Positions 24,795 to 37,200 of a stretch of DNA of 64,000 bases are shown piece by piece. Made by a program: the position numbers and the translations under genes. The number at the start of each line of letters is the position of its first letter. The stretch's first letter is position 1. The stretch spans positions 43,056,459 to 43,120,458 of the forward strand of contig NC_092395.1 of assembly GCF_030028105.1 (NCBI RefSeq), given 5' to 3'. Below the pieces are notes generated by a model. It was not told the DNA's origin. It did no database searches and worked only from the letters and a program-made list of their open reading frames with translations. Source of the stretch: Mobula birostris (lineage: Eukaryota).

Positions 24795-25419
24795 GCATAT
24801 TCTTTCTTCCTGATGTTACCGTCAATCAGGATTGCAGTATCATGTCAGCAGACAAAGTTAAGCAAAGTTCCTCATTCAATTTGGTGGTATTTGTTCTAAA
24901 TGGAGGAATAAAGAATGGAATTTGTCCTATTATACACGACCAAGTCCAAGAACCCTCAGGTGGACAATGATACTCCACTGGATTATATAATAAGTGTGGA
25001 TGTGATGAAGTGGCTGGACCATATTTCACAGGATTGACTCAAAGCAGATAATGGTTCCAAAGTGTTTGTAACAAGTGTTGACTGTTCACTCATTTCCTTA
25101 GACACCGCCTGACCTGCCGAGTTCCTCCAGCAATTTGTGAGTGTTGCTCTGTAGGTGAGCATGTTCTCCTATGAGATACCTGCTCATTATATTGATTGAG
25201 ACCTGTGCCCATTGTCAAGCAAAATGAGTGAAGTGTTTGGCTGGATCCACTACAAAAAGATTTCTGGAGATCTGGAAGGGAAAGTCTGTCCGACACAATG
25301 AAGGAAGGACACTTCATGGGGCACTGGATCGGCAAGCATGGAGTAAGCTGAAAGTTAATTTCTGGGATGAGTGAGTTGCCTTTGTCTGGAGCAGAAAAAC
25401 AATTTTTTAAAAAAGCCAG

Positions 25420-26200
25420 ATGTTGGGGAAATTCAGCAGGTATAGCAGCATCTGTAGTGGGAAATGTATAGTAGACGTATTGGGTTGGGTCCTTTTATCT
25501 AGACTGAATGACAAGAGGGCAGATGTCCAGTATAAAATGTTGAAGGGAAGGGGTGGAACTAGAGGTGGCAAGTGAGAAATGGATCAAAGTGAAGGATGGG
25601 GGTGACAGATAGATGGAGAAAGGGAAGGTGGAAATGATGACAAGGATTGGAGGTGATAGATGGGGGAAACCAGGGCTGAAGATGATGGAATCTGATTGGG
25701 GAAGTTGGGTAATGGAAACAAGTGAGGAAGATGGGGAGGGCAGATGGGAATGGTGAGGAAGGGGAGACGTAGTGGAACAAGTGTATGGGTCATGGGCAGA
25801 TGTAGTAGGTAGAGTGAGGGACAGAAATTGAGTGTTAGAAGGTAGGGAGAGCTTAGGAAAAATGGGTAGACCAGGAGAAGAAAAAGTAGGAAAAGAGGAG
25901 GAACAGTTGACTAGAAATTTGAGAATTCAGTTCTCATGCCATTAGGCTGTAGTCTACCCAGGTGGCATAGGAGGTGATGATCCTCTAGTTTGTGTTTAGC
26001 TTCGCCATGGAAGAGGCCAAGACTGAGCACAGACATGTCAGTGTAGGAACAGGCTTGAAAATTAAATAGATAACAACTGGGTGCTCTACATAGTTATGGC
26101 AGACAGAACACAAATGCTCAGGAAGCTGGTCACGCAGTTTGTGCCTTGTCTCACCAATATAGGAGTGGCCACGTTGGGAGAACCCAGATGGAATAATCTG
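25420..26200 (-). mobile_element. Penelope-like element 3' part: GIY-YIG endonuclease remnant, pyrimidine-rich UTR, decayed pLTR
   Basis: ORF 25985-26242 contains YIGETRHKLRDQLPEHLCSV and continues into the same GATGCTGC..CCTGCTGAATTTCC tail found in the short fragments. Confidence 0.75.
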
Positions 26201-26884
26201 GGCTGGAGGCTTTGGATGTGATTTTGCATTTGCATGTCTCACCAGGAACCAGGATGTCTAATCTCGAAAGTTACCCCCATCAGCAAGTCTATCAATTCAC
26301 TCTTAGCTCCCCCGATTCCCAATGTGTATATTCCAACAAAAAATCATCAAATTTTCAATATGAGAAGATCAAAGTTTTAGGACAGAAAATCTGTGAACAA
26401 ATGAAAATATGATTCAGTAAATTATCAACTTAGGTCTATGCAAATTTCTTGAATATTTAAAATACATTCCTGGGATTTGGGCATCACTGTCAAGGCCAAT
26501 ATCAATTACCCATCCCTCATGGAGTGGTAGTGAACCATGGACTGGACTCGCTGCCAACCTTCTGAGAAGTTGCTCTCACAGTGACTTTGGGGAGGGTGTT
26601 CCAGCAGGTCAATTGAAAGACTGGCAATACATTCAGGCCAGGATGCCAGTTTGAGAGGGGGCCTGAGGAGGTGGTGATCTTCTGCATCGCCTGCACTTGT
26701 CATTCCTGGTGACCTTGGCCACTGTTTGGGAGGTATAGTTGGAGGAGCTGAGTATATAACTTGAGATTTTCCACCCTTCAGCCACCCTGGGCAGTGGTGG
26801 ATTGAGTGAATGTCTCAAGGAGTTATTCCGGGAGGTGTGATCAAGAGGGCTACTGCGTCAAGGATGACACTGAGCTCCTTTTGA

Positions 26885-29800
26885 TTTATTGGGACTGTTA
26901 TCAAACCAGTCAGTGGAGAGTACTCCAGCTTTATATATTATAAGACAATAGATAGAGGAACTGATTTAGCCCATTTGGACCATTAAGACTGCTCCGCCAT
27001 TTCGTCATGGCTGATCCGTTATCCCTCTCAGCCCCAATCTCCTGCCTTCTCTCGTATCCCGTCATGCCCAGTCTATACAAGAATCTATCAATCTCTGCCT
27101 TAAAATATACCCAATCACTTGCCTCTACAGCCACCTGTGGCAACAAATTCCATAGATTCACCACTCTCTAGCTACAAGTTCCTCCTCATGTGCATTTTAA
27201 CAGAATGCTCCTCTATTGTGAGGATGTGTCCCCTGGTCTTAGGCCCTCCATCATGGGAAACATCCTCTCCTCATCCACTCTATTAAACCCTTTCAACATC
27301 TGATAGGTTTCAATGAGGTCAACCCTCATTCTTTTGAATTCCTGTGAGTACAGACCCAGAGCCATCAAACGCTCTTCATATGACACATTTTTCAATCCCA
27401 GAATCACTTTCATGAACCTCCGTCGAACCCTCGCTAGTTTCAGCACATCCTTTCTTAGATAAAGGGCCCAAAACTGCTTACAATACTCCAAGTGAGGCCT
27501 TACCAGTGCTTTATAAAGCCTCAACATTACATCCTTGCTTTTATACTCTCATCCTCTTGAAATGAATGCCAACATCACATTAGCCTTCTTCACCATTGAC
27601 TCAACCTACAAATTAACCTTCAGGAAATCCTGCACAAGGCATCTCAAGCCCCTTTGCATTTCATAATTTTGCATTTTCTCTCCATTTATAAAAATAGTCT
27701 ATCCTTTTATTTCTTCTGACAACGTGCATGATCGTGCACTTCCCAAAACTGTATTCTATCTGCCACTTCTTTGCCCATCCTCCAAATCTGTCAAAGTCCT
27801 TCTGTAGCCCCTCTACTTCCTGAAACCTACCTGCCCCTCAACCTATCTTTATATTGTCCATAAACCTTTCCACAAAGCCAACAATTCTGTCATCCAAGTT
27901 ATTGTTACATAACAGAAAAGCAGTGCCAACACATCCCATGTAGAGCACACATCGTCACTGGCAGCCAACCAGAAATGGCCTTCCTTTATTCCCACTTTTT
28001 GCCTGCTGCCAATCAGCCACTGCTTCTTCTTCTTCTTCTTCTTCTATTTCCAGCAGTTTGGACGCATCTAGGCGTATTACAGCCCTCCGCAGGATGTCTA
28101 ACTAATTATGAACTTCAAGGAACTCAAATTCTCGAATATAACCTAGTCTCACTTATAAACTGAACGATAGACTCTTCAATCCGATGTTGGTTCTCTTGAT
28201 GGCCAAACAGAGATTGAATAGAAAACCAAAATAAATTTAAGCCAGATAGGCTCTTGAAAAATATGCTTCTTTCAATTTTGTATCAGTTACAGATCAGCAA
28301 AACATTCTGGACTGTCTCTGGACTACCACAGTCACATAATCCAGTAGGATGTTTTCCTATTATTTTTAAATAATAGTTTAGCCCACAATGCCCCAACCTA
28401 ATTCTTGTTAATTTCACCATATCTCTATGATTTGTAAGGTAACAGTTTGAGACCTTCTTAACTAGTGGGTGACTAGAAAAATAATGCCTGCCCTTTAATC
28501 ATTTTTCCAATCCTCCTTCCACTTCCTCTCTATACCTTTTTTAATCCTACTTCTCAATTCTGCTCTGCCTAGGGGAACTCTAATTTCTACTTGCCTGCTC
28601 TATAAGGAAGTCTTTGCAATGCCATCCATAATTTCATTTCCCTCTACCCCAGCATGCCCAGGTATCCATGAAAATCTAACGGTATAACCCATCTTCCCTA
28701 CTCTAAAGAACACTAAGAGAATCTCAATAACTGTGTCAGGATGAGCTTTTGATTTGTTCCCTTTTATAGCCTCCAGGGCAGCAGCAGAATTGGAACAGAT
28801 GATAACCCTACATGGTCGAGAGTCTTCTATCCACCATAAGACCCAGAGGATTGCTAATAATTCTGTTGCAAAGACAGAAACACCATCTGAAACCCGGTGA
28901 CTAATCTTAACTCCAAGTTGAGACACATACATCCCAAATCCTGCCCTACTGCTCTCTGGGTCCACTGAACCACCAGTAAAAATCTTCAGATAAGATCCCC
29001 ATTTTGTTATTTAAACATTAATTTGTGATCAACGCTGATGAAATTGCTCTGCTTCCTTAAAGCTGAAAAAGGAGGAATAGGTCTACTTCTGGTTCTAGCA
29101 AGAACCAAAAAGGGACGGGTGGCAAACAAATTTGGTCAACTATGTCTTCCTCAGTCAGTTTCAATTTCACAGCCCAGTTATTAACCAAATCTAAAATTGG
29201 ATATCTTTTAATTTTATTTTGGCGCTCCGACTTCCCCTGCAAAAGAAACTTTGGCGGACAGCTGTGATTGAATCCATTTAGTTTTGCCCAATACTGCAGG
29301 CCAAACTGAATTCATCTTAAATGTAGAGACACTTCTCCCATCCCCACACATAATGCCGGGACTGATGTTGTTCTAAAAGCTCCACAACAAAGTCTAAATG
29401 CTTTGGACTGCACAGTGTCTAGTTTTCCAAGCACTGCTGTAGCAGCAGAACCATAAGCAGTATAACCATAATCTATAACTGATCTAGTCGTAGCTAGATA
29501 TATTAAGTACATAGTTTCCTGCCCTGCTCCCCAGTCACATCCAGCAATACTTCTCAAAACATTTAAAACTTTCTCACACTTTCCAATTGTTTTATCTGTA
29601 TGAACCTTCCAAGTAAATCTTTCATCAAATCAGACACCTAAAAACTTGAATATCTTGACTTTTTCCAATGGAGAATCATATAGACACAATTCATAATCAG
29701 GAATCTTTCTTCTCAAGCTAAAAATCATATACTTGGACTTAGAAACAGAAATCCTGAAACCCTATTTATTAGCCCAGTACTCAACTGATCTTAAAGCCTT

Positions 29801-31000
29801 TTGTACCTGCCCTAATATATACTTGATGTTTCTTCCTCTTTTCCAGATTGCACCATCGTCTGCAAATAATGATTTGCCAAATCTTGTCCCTACCTAATCA
29901 AAGATATCATTTATCATGATATTAAAAAGAACTGGACTAATGACACTTCCTTGAGGGGTACCATTACCTATTTTAACTGACTTGGAGCTTGTTCTGCCTA
30001 TTTTTACTTGAATTGTCCTTTCCTTGAGGAAATCTTTGATCCAATTAAACATTCTACCTCCAATTCCCGCATCATGGAGTTTAATTTATAAGCCCTCCTT
30101 CCATAGTGAATCGTATGCTCTTTCAATATCTAGAAATACACTTACCATTACTTCTCTATTTTGAAATGCTTTTTTAATATCATGATCTAAAAGGGCAACA
30201 GATTCCCATTGTTGATCTTCCAGTCCTAAAACTATTTTGATAGGCAGCAAAATGTCCCTTATTTTCCAAAAAGTAACAAGTCTGTTGGTGACCATCCATT
30301 CCGTAATTTAACAAAGCACTGACATTAAAGCTATAGGCCGATAAGAACTAGGACTAGACGTGTCCTCACCTGGCTTTAAAACTGGAACTACCACCGCATG
30401 CATCCATTCTGCTGGTAATATTCCTTCTTTCCACACTGAGTTAAACAATGCTAGTATTTCTATTAATACAGAGTCATCTAAATGCTTAAGCAATTCATAA
30501 CACAGTCCATCCCTACCAGGAGATGTGTTTGAACCCGATTGGACAGCTTCCTGCAATTCCTGAAGGGAGAAAAGTGAATTTATGGAGCTATTATCATCCA
30601 AACTCCTGTCCAATTTCCAACTTTCCTTTAACATAATCTCCTTTCTCAAATCACCTAACTCTCCAGAACTGAGTAACGTTTGGAACACCTCTGCAAACAT
30701 ATCAACCTTTTCCTTATTGGTTACAGCTTCAATATCTCCTTCCAGCAAAGCTGGGATAGATGGTTTCCTACATATCTCTGACATTCTGTGAATGATCGTC
30801 CATAGCTGCTTTATAGCTGTCTCAGGGCTCAGGGTTCCACTGCTTTATCCATGCCAGTATCATTCCTAGTACCATGGACTCTGAGCTTGTTAAGCAGCCT
30901 CATGTGTGCACCTTATCAATGCCTTCTGAAAATCCAAATCCACGACATCCATCTATTCTCCATTGTCTATCCTGATTGTTTTTTCTTCAAAGAGTTCCAA
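26885..31000 (-). mobile_element. CR1 LINE 3' part, split by a Nimb-like insertion (CR1 at 26885-28025 and 30837-31000)
   Basis: LYKALVRPHLEYC motif (27213-27527) and CR1 tail near 26940; the sequence is continuous across the 9-bp TSD. Confidence 0.85.
28026..30836 (-). mobile_element. Nimb/I-group LINE, 5'-truncated, RT plus RNase H, (AAG)n tail
   Basis: RT motifs PGRDGLCY, YRPIALMS, FLDIERAYDSLW and GTPQGSVISPVLF; RNase H FTGGS..ATELLAI..SWIPGHAGVEGNE; (CTT)n at 28023-28045; TSD CCACTGCTT at 28017-28025 and 30837-30845. Confidence 0.88.
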
Positions 31001-32419
31001 TTGAATTGTCAGACAAAATTTTCATTTGAGGACACAGTGCTCACTATGGCCCATTTGATCATATCATGCCTGGATGTGCTGTGCGGACAGTGGAAAGACC
31101 GAGAGTTGTCACCACCATATAACAACCTTTGACCTAGCCCTGTGTCTAAGCTATTTATCTGGTTGGACCATTTGAGCTTTTGAACAATGTTAACCCTCAG
31201 GATATTGATGGTGGAGGATTCAGCAATGTTACTGTCATTAAATGTCAAGGCTCTGTGGTGAGATTCTTTGTTCTTGGGGATTGTCATTGCCTGGCACAAT
31301 AGGTTGCAAGTATCTCTTGCCACTTATCAGCATATGACTGAATCTTGTCAAGGACTAGATGGCCTACAGGCTGGGTCTGCAGCATTAGCCGAGGGGTTAA
31401 AAGTAAAATTGGCCATTCTGCTGCTAAGTTGGCAGAGTCATGAAGCACAGGGATTGCAGACTGAGCCTGTGGCAGGAAGTGAATGAACAACAGCAGGGAG
31501 AAACATACTTGATCTCAGTCTCACCAATCCACCTGTGACAGATGGGGACTAATCCCATTTCTACATCGAGGACCACTTCTGTTGTATGATGTTGTATGGC
31601 ATCACAGACATGTTACAGAGAATAAATCCAGAACAGCTGACAGCCCAGTACGGGGCATCTCTGGGGCTCTCTAGACTATCAGCATCAACAGAATTGTCCA
31701 CCACCATAAGCTGTAACCTCACAGCCCAGCATATCCCTGAACCTCCTTCACTGTCAAGCCAGGGCATCTACTCCAGTTGAATGATGAGTACAGCAGGGGT
31801 TCTGGGAGCAGCACCAGCCAAACCCAACACTGATGCGGTCTCGGCATGGAGAAAACACAGCACCGCTTCATTTCTCTGTTCTTTTCATTGCAATAGAAAG
31901 GGAAACAGGCTCAGAAAATGTAATGGGAGTAAATTCACCATCACCCAATTAAACCCATCAGCTCTGATTAACATTTCCTTCCAAATTCAATGAATAAACC
32001 TGAGAGGTAAAGTTACTCAGACAACCAACGTGACAGAATTTCTGAAGCAATTCTTGTTCTGAATGTCACAATTCCAGGAGAGAATCAAAGATAATGTCCC
32101 TTTAAACAGCCAGTGCCTGATCGATTCTTAAAGTAAAAAAGGGTAGAACAGAAACTATGATATTTGGGTATTGTCATATAAAAGGCAGATCATAACGTCT
32201 TGTCTCAGTTCTGGCCAGCCCCTCGCCTTAAAATAACAGCTCATTTCCTGCTGTGGCTGCAGATGATTTTTTTTCATGGTTAATTCAGGTTAGGTTTAAA
32301 TCAGTGGTTGCTGGGCGGCACGGTACGAAGGTCTGGGAGGGACAATTCCATGTGGAATGTCTAGATAAACAAAAATAAATAGACTTTGTAGACAGGTGTG
32401 TGAGATGAACCTAGCGGAG

Positions 32420-33110
32420 ATTGATTAACTTCGCTCGGTACTGGACTGCCAAGGATTGGCAGTTGGATATCATGAGCAGCTTCATCGGGAAATACTTGTT
32501 TCATCAATTTAGAAGGTCTCTGATTTTGTGCATTCACTGTGTGTCCTGCTACATGTTTCCAGAACTTCCATGGAGAGTCAATTAACCTGCTGGCTCTGGA
32601 GCAAAACAATATAGACCCTGCTTTTTACGGTGGGCTCATAAATCAATGCTCCCTTGTCTTTGAATTAGAGCGTGAAAGGTTCTCTCAGACAGAAGTAAGG
32701 TGGCCGAGATAATTTCCCTCCTCTCGGCCAGACCCTTTCATGGGCAAAAGCTTTATGGCAGAAAGATGCACCTGTGTGATCTGATATAAATTTCTTTCCA
32801 AGAGTGGAGGTGGCATTTGTCAACCTGCCGGGGGCCCAGAGACACCCAGCTGACTCCTCCAGCTGCATCAGGGTGTGCGATCCACAGCCGACTATTCTAT
32901 TGATTTCCAAATCCTAGTGGCAGAGAGTGGTTTGGAGAATGGGAATTTGATTGCTCTATTCAGACTAGGATTAAATGACCTGCATTTAATATTCCTGCAA
33001 CCAGGGTTCAGGGACAGTATCTGGAGGAATTTATAGACATGGCCATCAGAATTGACAACCATATTTCTGGAAGAAGAAAGGTGTGACGTGACACGACTGC
33101 GCAAGCATGT
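32420..33110 (+). mobile_element. Decayed Ty3/Gypsy (sushi/PEG10-like) gag remnant
   Basis: Broken frames give QCSLVFEL, KVAEIISLLS, WAKALWQ, LQLHQGVRSTADYSIDFQILVAESG and LEEFIDMAIRIDN. Confidence 0.65.
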
Positions 33111-33149
33111 GGACATCAGCCAGTGAGAACAGCGAGAAGATTTTAAAAG

Positions 33150-34250
33150 GAGACAGCTTTTTTGAGATGGTGTTGGAGGAGAGGGAGACAGAGTAGAAGG
33201 GCTTTGGCTCAATGGGGCTTCAGCAATAATGGGTTGAGGCGAGGTAGTTTTAAGTGTAGATTACAGACAGGAAGTATGTGTGTGAGGCCGGTGTTCTGTG
33301 CTCGGTGTCAGATGTGGGAAGTCCGGGAGACTCCCAGCCTCCCGGATGGCCACATCTGCACCAGATGCGTTGAGCTGCAGCTCCTTAGGGACCGCATTAG
33401 GGAACTGAAGATGCAGCTCGATGACCTTTGTCTGGTCAGGGAGAGAGAGGAGGTGATAGATGCAGCTAGTCACACCGGGGCGTGGGGAGACAGATAAGTG
33501 GGTAACAGTCAGGAGAGGGAAGGGCTGGAGTCAGAGGCTAGAGAGCACCCCTGTGGTTGTACCCCTCAACAATAAGTACTACTACTTGATTACTGTTAGT
33601 GGGGACGGCCCACCTGGGGGAAGGAACAGTGGCACAGAGTCTGGCCTGTGGCTCAGAAAGGTAGGGAAAGGAAGAGGATGGCATCTGTGATTGGGGACTC
33701 TATAGTTAGGGTGTCAGACAGGCGATTCTGTGAACGCAGGAAAGAAGCACGGATGGTAGTTTGCCTCCCAGGTGCCAGGGTCTGGGATGTTTCTGATCGC
33801 ATCCACGATATCCTGAAGTGGGAAGGTGAACAGCAAGAGGTCATGGTACGTATTGGTACCAACGACATAGGCAGGAAAAAGGAGGAGGTCCTGAAAGCTT
33901 CTATAGGGAGTTAGGAAGGAAGCTGAGAAGCAGGACCACAAGGGTAGTCACCTTGGGATTACCACCTGTGACATGTGACAGTGAGTATAGGAATAGAGTA
34001 AGCTGGAAGATAAATACGTGGCTGAGGGATTGGAACAGGGGGCAGGGATTCAGATTTCTGCATCATTGGGACCTCTTTTGGGGCAGGAGTGACCTGTACA
34101 AAAAGGACAGGTTGCACTTGAATCTGACAGGGACCAATCTCCTGGTGGGGAGGTTTGCTAAGGCTACTGGGGAGAGTTTAAACTAAGATTGCTGGGGAAT
34201 GGGAACCAAACTGAAGAGACAGAGGAAGGGGCTGTTGGTTCACAAATGGA
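33150..34250 (+). mobile_element. CR1 5' part: ORF1 (zinc finger plus SGNH esterase), ORF2 missing
   Basis: CARCQMWE..HICTRCVELQLL, VIGDSIVR, CLPGARV, IGTNDIG and DRLHLN motifs; frameshifted. Confidence 0.88.
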
Positions 34251-37200
34251 GGAAGCTGAATATGATACTGTGAAGCAGGGTTTACTTAAAGCTTGTGAAC
34301 TGGTTCTGGAAGCTTATAGACAGAGATTTAGAAGTCTGAAGAAACATGTAAACCAGACTTATGTGGAATTTGCCTACGAAAGTGGTCCCTAACCACCGGG
34401 CCACGGACAGGTGGGAAGCCACAAAGCATGTGCTACTGAGCAGTGAGGAAACAATATTATTTGGCAGTATGAAGCAATATGAGTCAGCTGCACCTTTCCT
34501 CATTCCCTGTCACGTCCACTGTTGAACTTGAACGTACGCGAGATCATCATTTGGTATGAGTAAAAAACAAACGTTACTCGAGAGGTTTTTTGGAAGAGGT
34601 GGAAGAGGACATAAAAGGCCTAATGATGATGATATTGCAGAGGCATCTGAGGCAGAGACTGCAAAAAAAAAAAAGAAAGCTTCCTTCAACAAAAAATAGG
34701 ACGAGTCATACATAAAATATGGCTTTATTGCGACCAGTGACTGGCACGCTCCAAGCCCCCTGTGTGTGATATGTGGAGGCAAGCTGTCTAATGAGGCAAT
34801 GAAGCCCTCAAAACTGCTTTGGCACCTTGAGTCCAAGCACCTTGCACTTAAAGACAAACCTGTTGACTTTTTTGAGATAAAAACATTAGCAAGCGGGACA
34901 GAAGCAAGTGTTGAGAGACACCACCTCCACAAATGCTGCTGCTCTGAGAGCGTCGTACTTACCAGCTATCTGTGTGACATCTTCAACCTGCTCAATGAAC
35001 TCAATTTGTCACTTCAGGGGAGAATGACAACTGTCTTCAAGTTGGCAGATAAAGTGTCTGCTTTCAAAGCCAAACTAGAACTGTGGGGACGTCGAGTGGA
35101 CAGGGGTATAGTTTTGGAGAGACTGAGGCTCATAGCTGGTGCGCGAACACCTATCTTCGCTGTTGACAGAATTCAAGCATTACTTTCCAACCGCAAATGA
35201 CCCAAGACGTGCAAAGGAATGGGTCCGTGACCCATTTGTGAATGTCCCCGGTGAATTATCCATGTCAGTGCGGGAAGAAGATCAACTCCTCGAGCTTGCA
35301 AATGACGGTGGACTGAAAAGTATGTTTGACGTAACATCTCTGCCGGCATTTTGGATCAAAGTCAAGGGTGAATATCCTGAGATAGAAACGAAAGCACTGA
35401 AAACGTTGCTTCCATTTCCAACATCATATCTCCGTGAAGCAGGATTTTCTGCAATGAATGCAACGAAAACTAAATTGCGGAATAGACTGGACATAAGGAA
35501 CCCCCTCTGAGTATCGCTGTCTCCCATCACCCCTCAATGGGACTGTCTTGTTGCAAGGAAACAAGCCCAGGGCTCCCACTGATTCAGCGATATTGGTGTG
35601 TTGCAATGATTTTATAAGTTCATACGAGGAAAATATGTGCTGTGTGTTTAATATTAAATTTGTTAGATAAACCCTTTTAGAAACAAAATTGAGTGTATTA
35701 TTAGCCACTTATTAGTGAGTTATAGTTTCACCTATATTCTAGTCGTGATTAACACCCTCACCCCCCGCCCCCACGGTTGGCCGGTCCACAAGAATATTGT
35801 CGATATTAAACCGGTCCGCGGAGCAGAAAAGCTTGGGGACCCCTGGCCTATGACAAATCTGTGTGTTTTGGGCGCTGGTGTACCTCTAAAAATGTGAATG
35901 AGGATTATGACACTTTAAAGGAGTTGATCTTGATTGAGGAATTTAAAAGGTACATCCCTGATGGCATAAAGGAATATTTGAATGAAAATGACCCTGCCAC
36001 ATGACCTGAGTCTGCTAAATTAGCTGACAAGTATGCTCTAACCCATAAGAGTAAGTTCGCTCTGAGTAAAACTTTCCAAAAGAGTAACTTGGATAGTCAG
36101 GGTAAACCAAAGATTAATTAGGAAGCTAGTGATAAAGGTAAAAATGAAGGGAAGCAAGTGAAGGAAAAACATTTCGGTCTTATTTGTTACTATTGTAAGA
36201 AACCTGGTCATGTTATGGCTAACTGCTTTCGTCTGAAGAAGAGGGAAAAGGAGGCAGTTCCAGATGCCTGCGTGCAATACTTTGAAACGCCCATAAACCC
36301 ACAGGGTTCGGGACATTCAAAGGAAGCTCTGTCAAGGTCTGACCAGGTTAAGAAGGGATATGATCCTTTCATGTCAGAGGGATTTGTTTTGGTGAATGCA
36401 AAGACCACCCAAGTCCCAATTAAAATTGTTCAGGATATTGGCACTTCTCAGTCACTAATGTTAGCCAGTGTTCTAGAGTTTAATGATGAGACTGACACTG
36501 GTGAGATCAATATTATACGAGGTATTGAGGGCAACCTTATGTCTGTACCTCTGCACAAAATAGTTTTAAAGTCAGGGTTAGTTTCAGGAACTGCTAAAGT
36601 AGGACTGCGACCCAGTTTAGCTGTTGACAGTGTTTTGTTATTGGTAGGGAATAACCTCACAGGAGGAAAAGTTGTTCCTGCAGTGCAGATGACAACTAAG
36701 CCAATTGTTGATAATCGATAGATAGATTCTCACATATATACCTCCTGTGCAATAACCCGAGCTATGAAATAAAAGTCTGCCGAGGCAGAGGGTTCTGTGC
36801 AGCATGGGTCTGTTACCCAAACGGTTCAAATCAGGATTCAGAGTTTGATGATTTGTCAGTAACTTTTCTACCTTCATTATTTTATCAGGACCCTTGTAAT
36901 AGTTCTGACATTAAAGACTTGTCCTTGTCTAGGAAGGAGTTTATAGTGGAGCAAAGCAGAGACCCTGAGATTACCACCTTAATAAAACAAGCTCTCCCAG
37001 ATCATGAGATTGTGAAGGTGCCTGTAGGGTATTATTTCAAGAGTGGAGTATTAAAGAGGAAGTGGAGACCACCTAAGATTCCTGCAAGCGAGGATTGGGC
37101 AGTTTTTCACCAGTTAGTGGTTCCTAAAGTTTACCAGAATGAAATTTTTAATTTGGCTCATAATATAGCCTTGGGTGGACATTTTGGTGTGAAGAAAACT

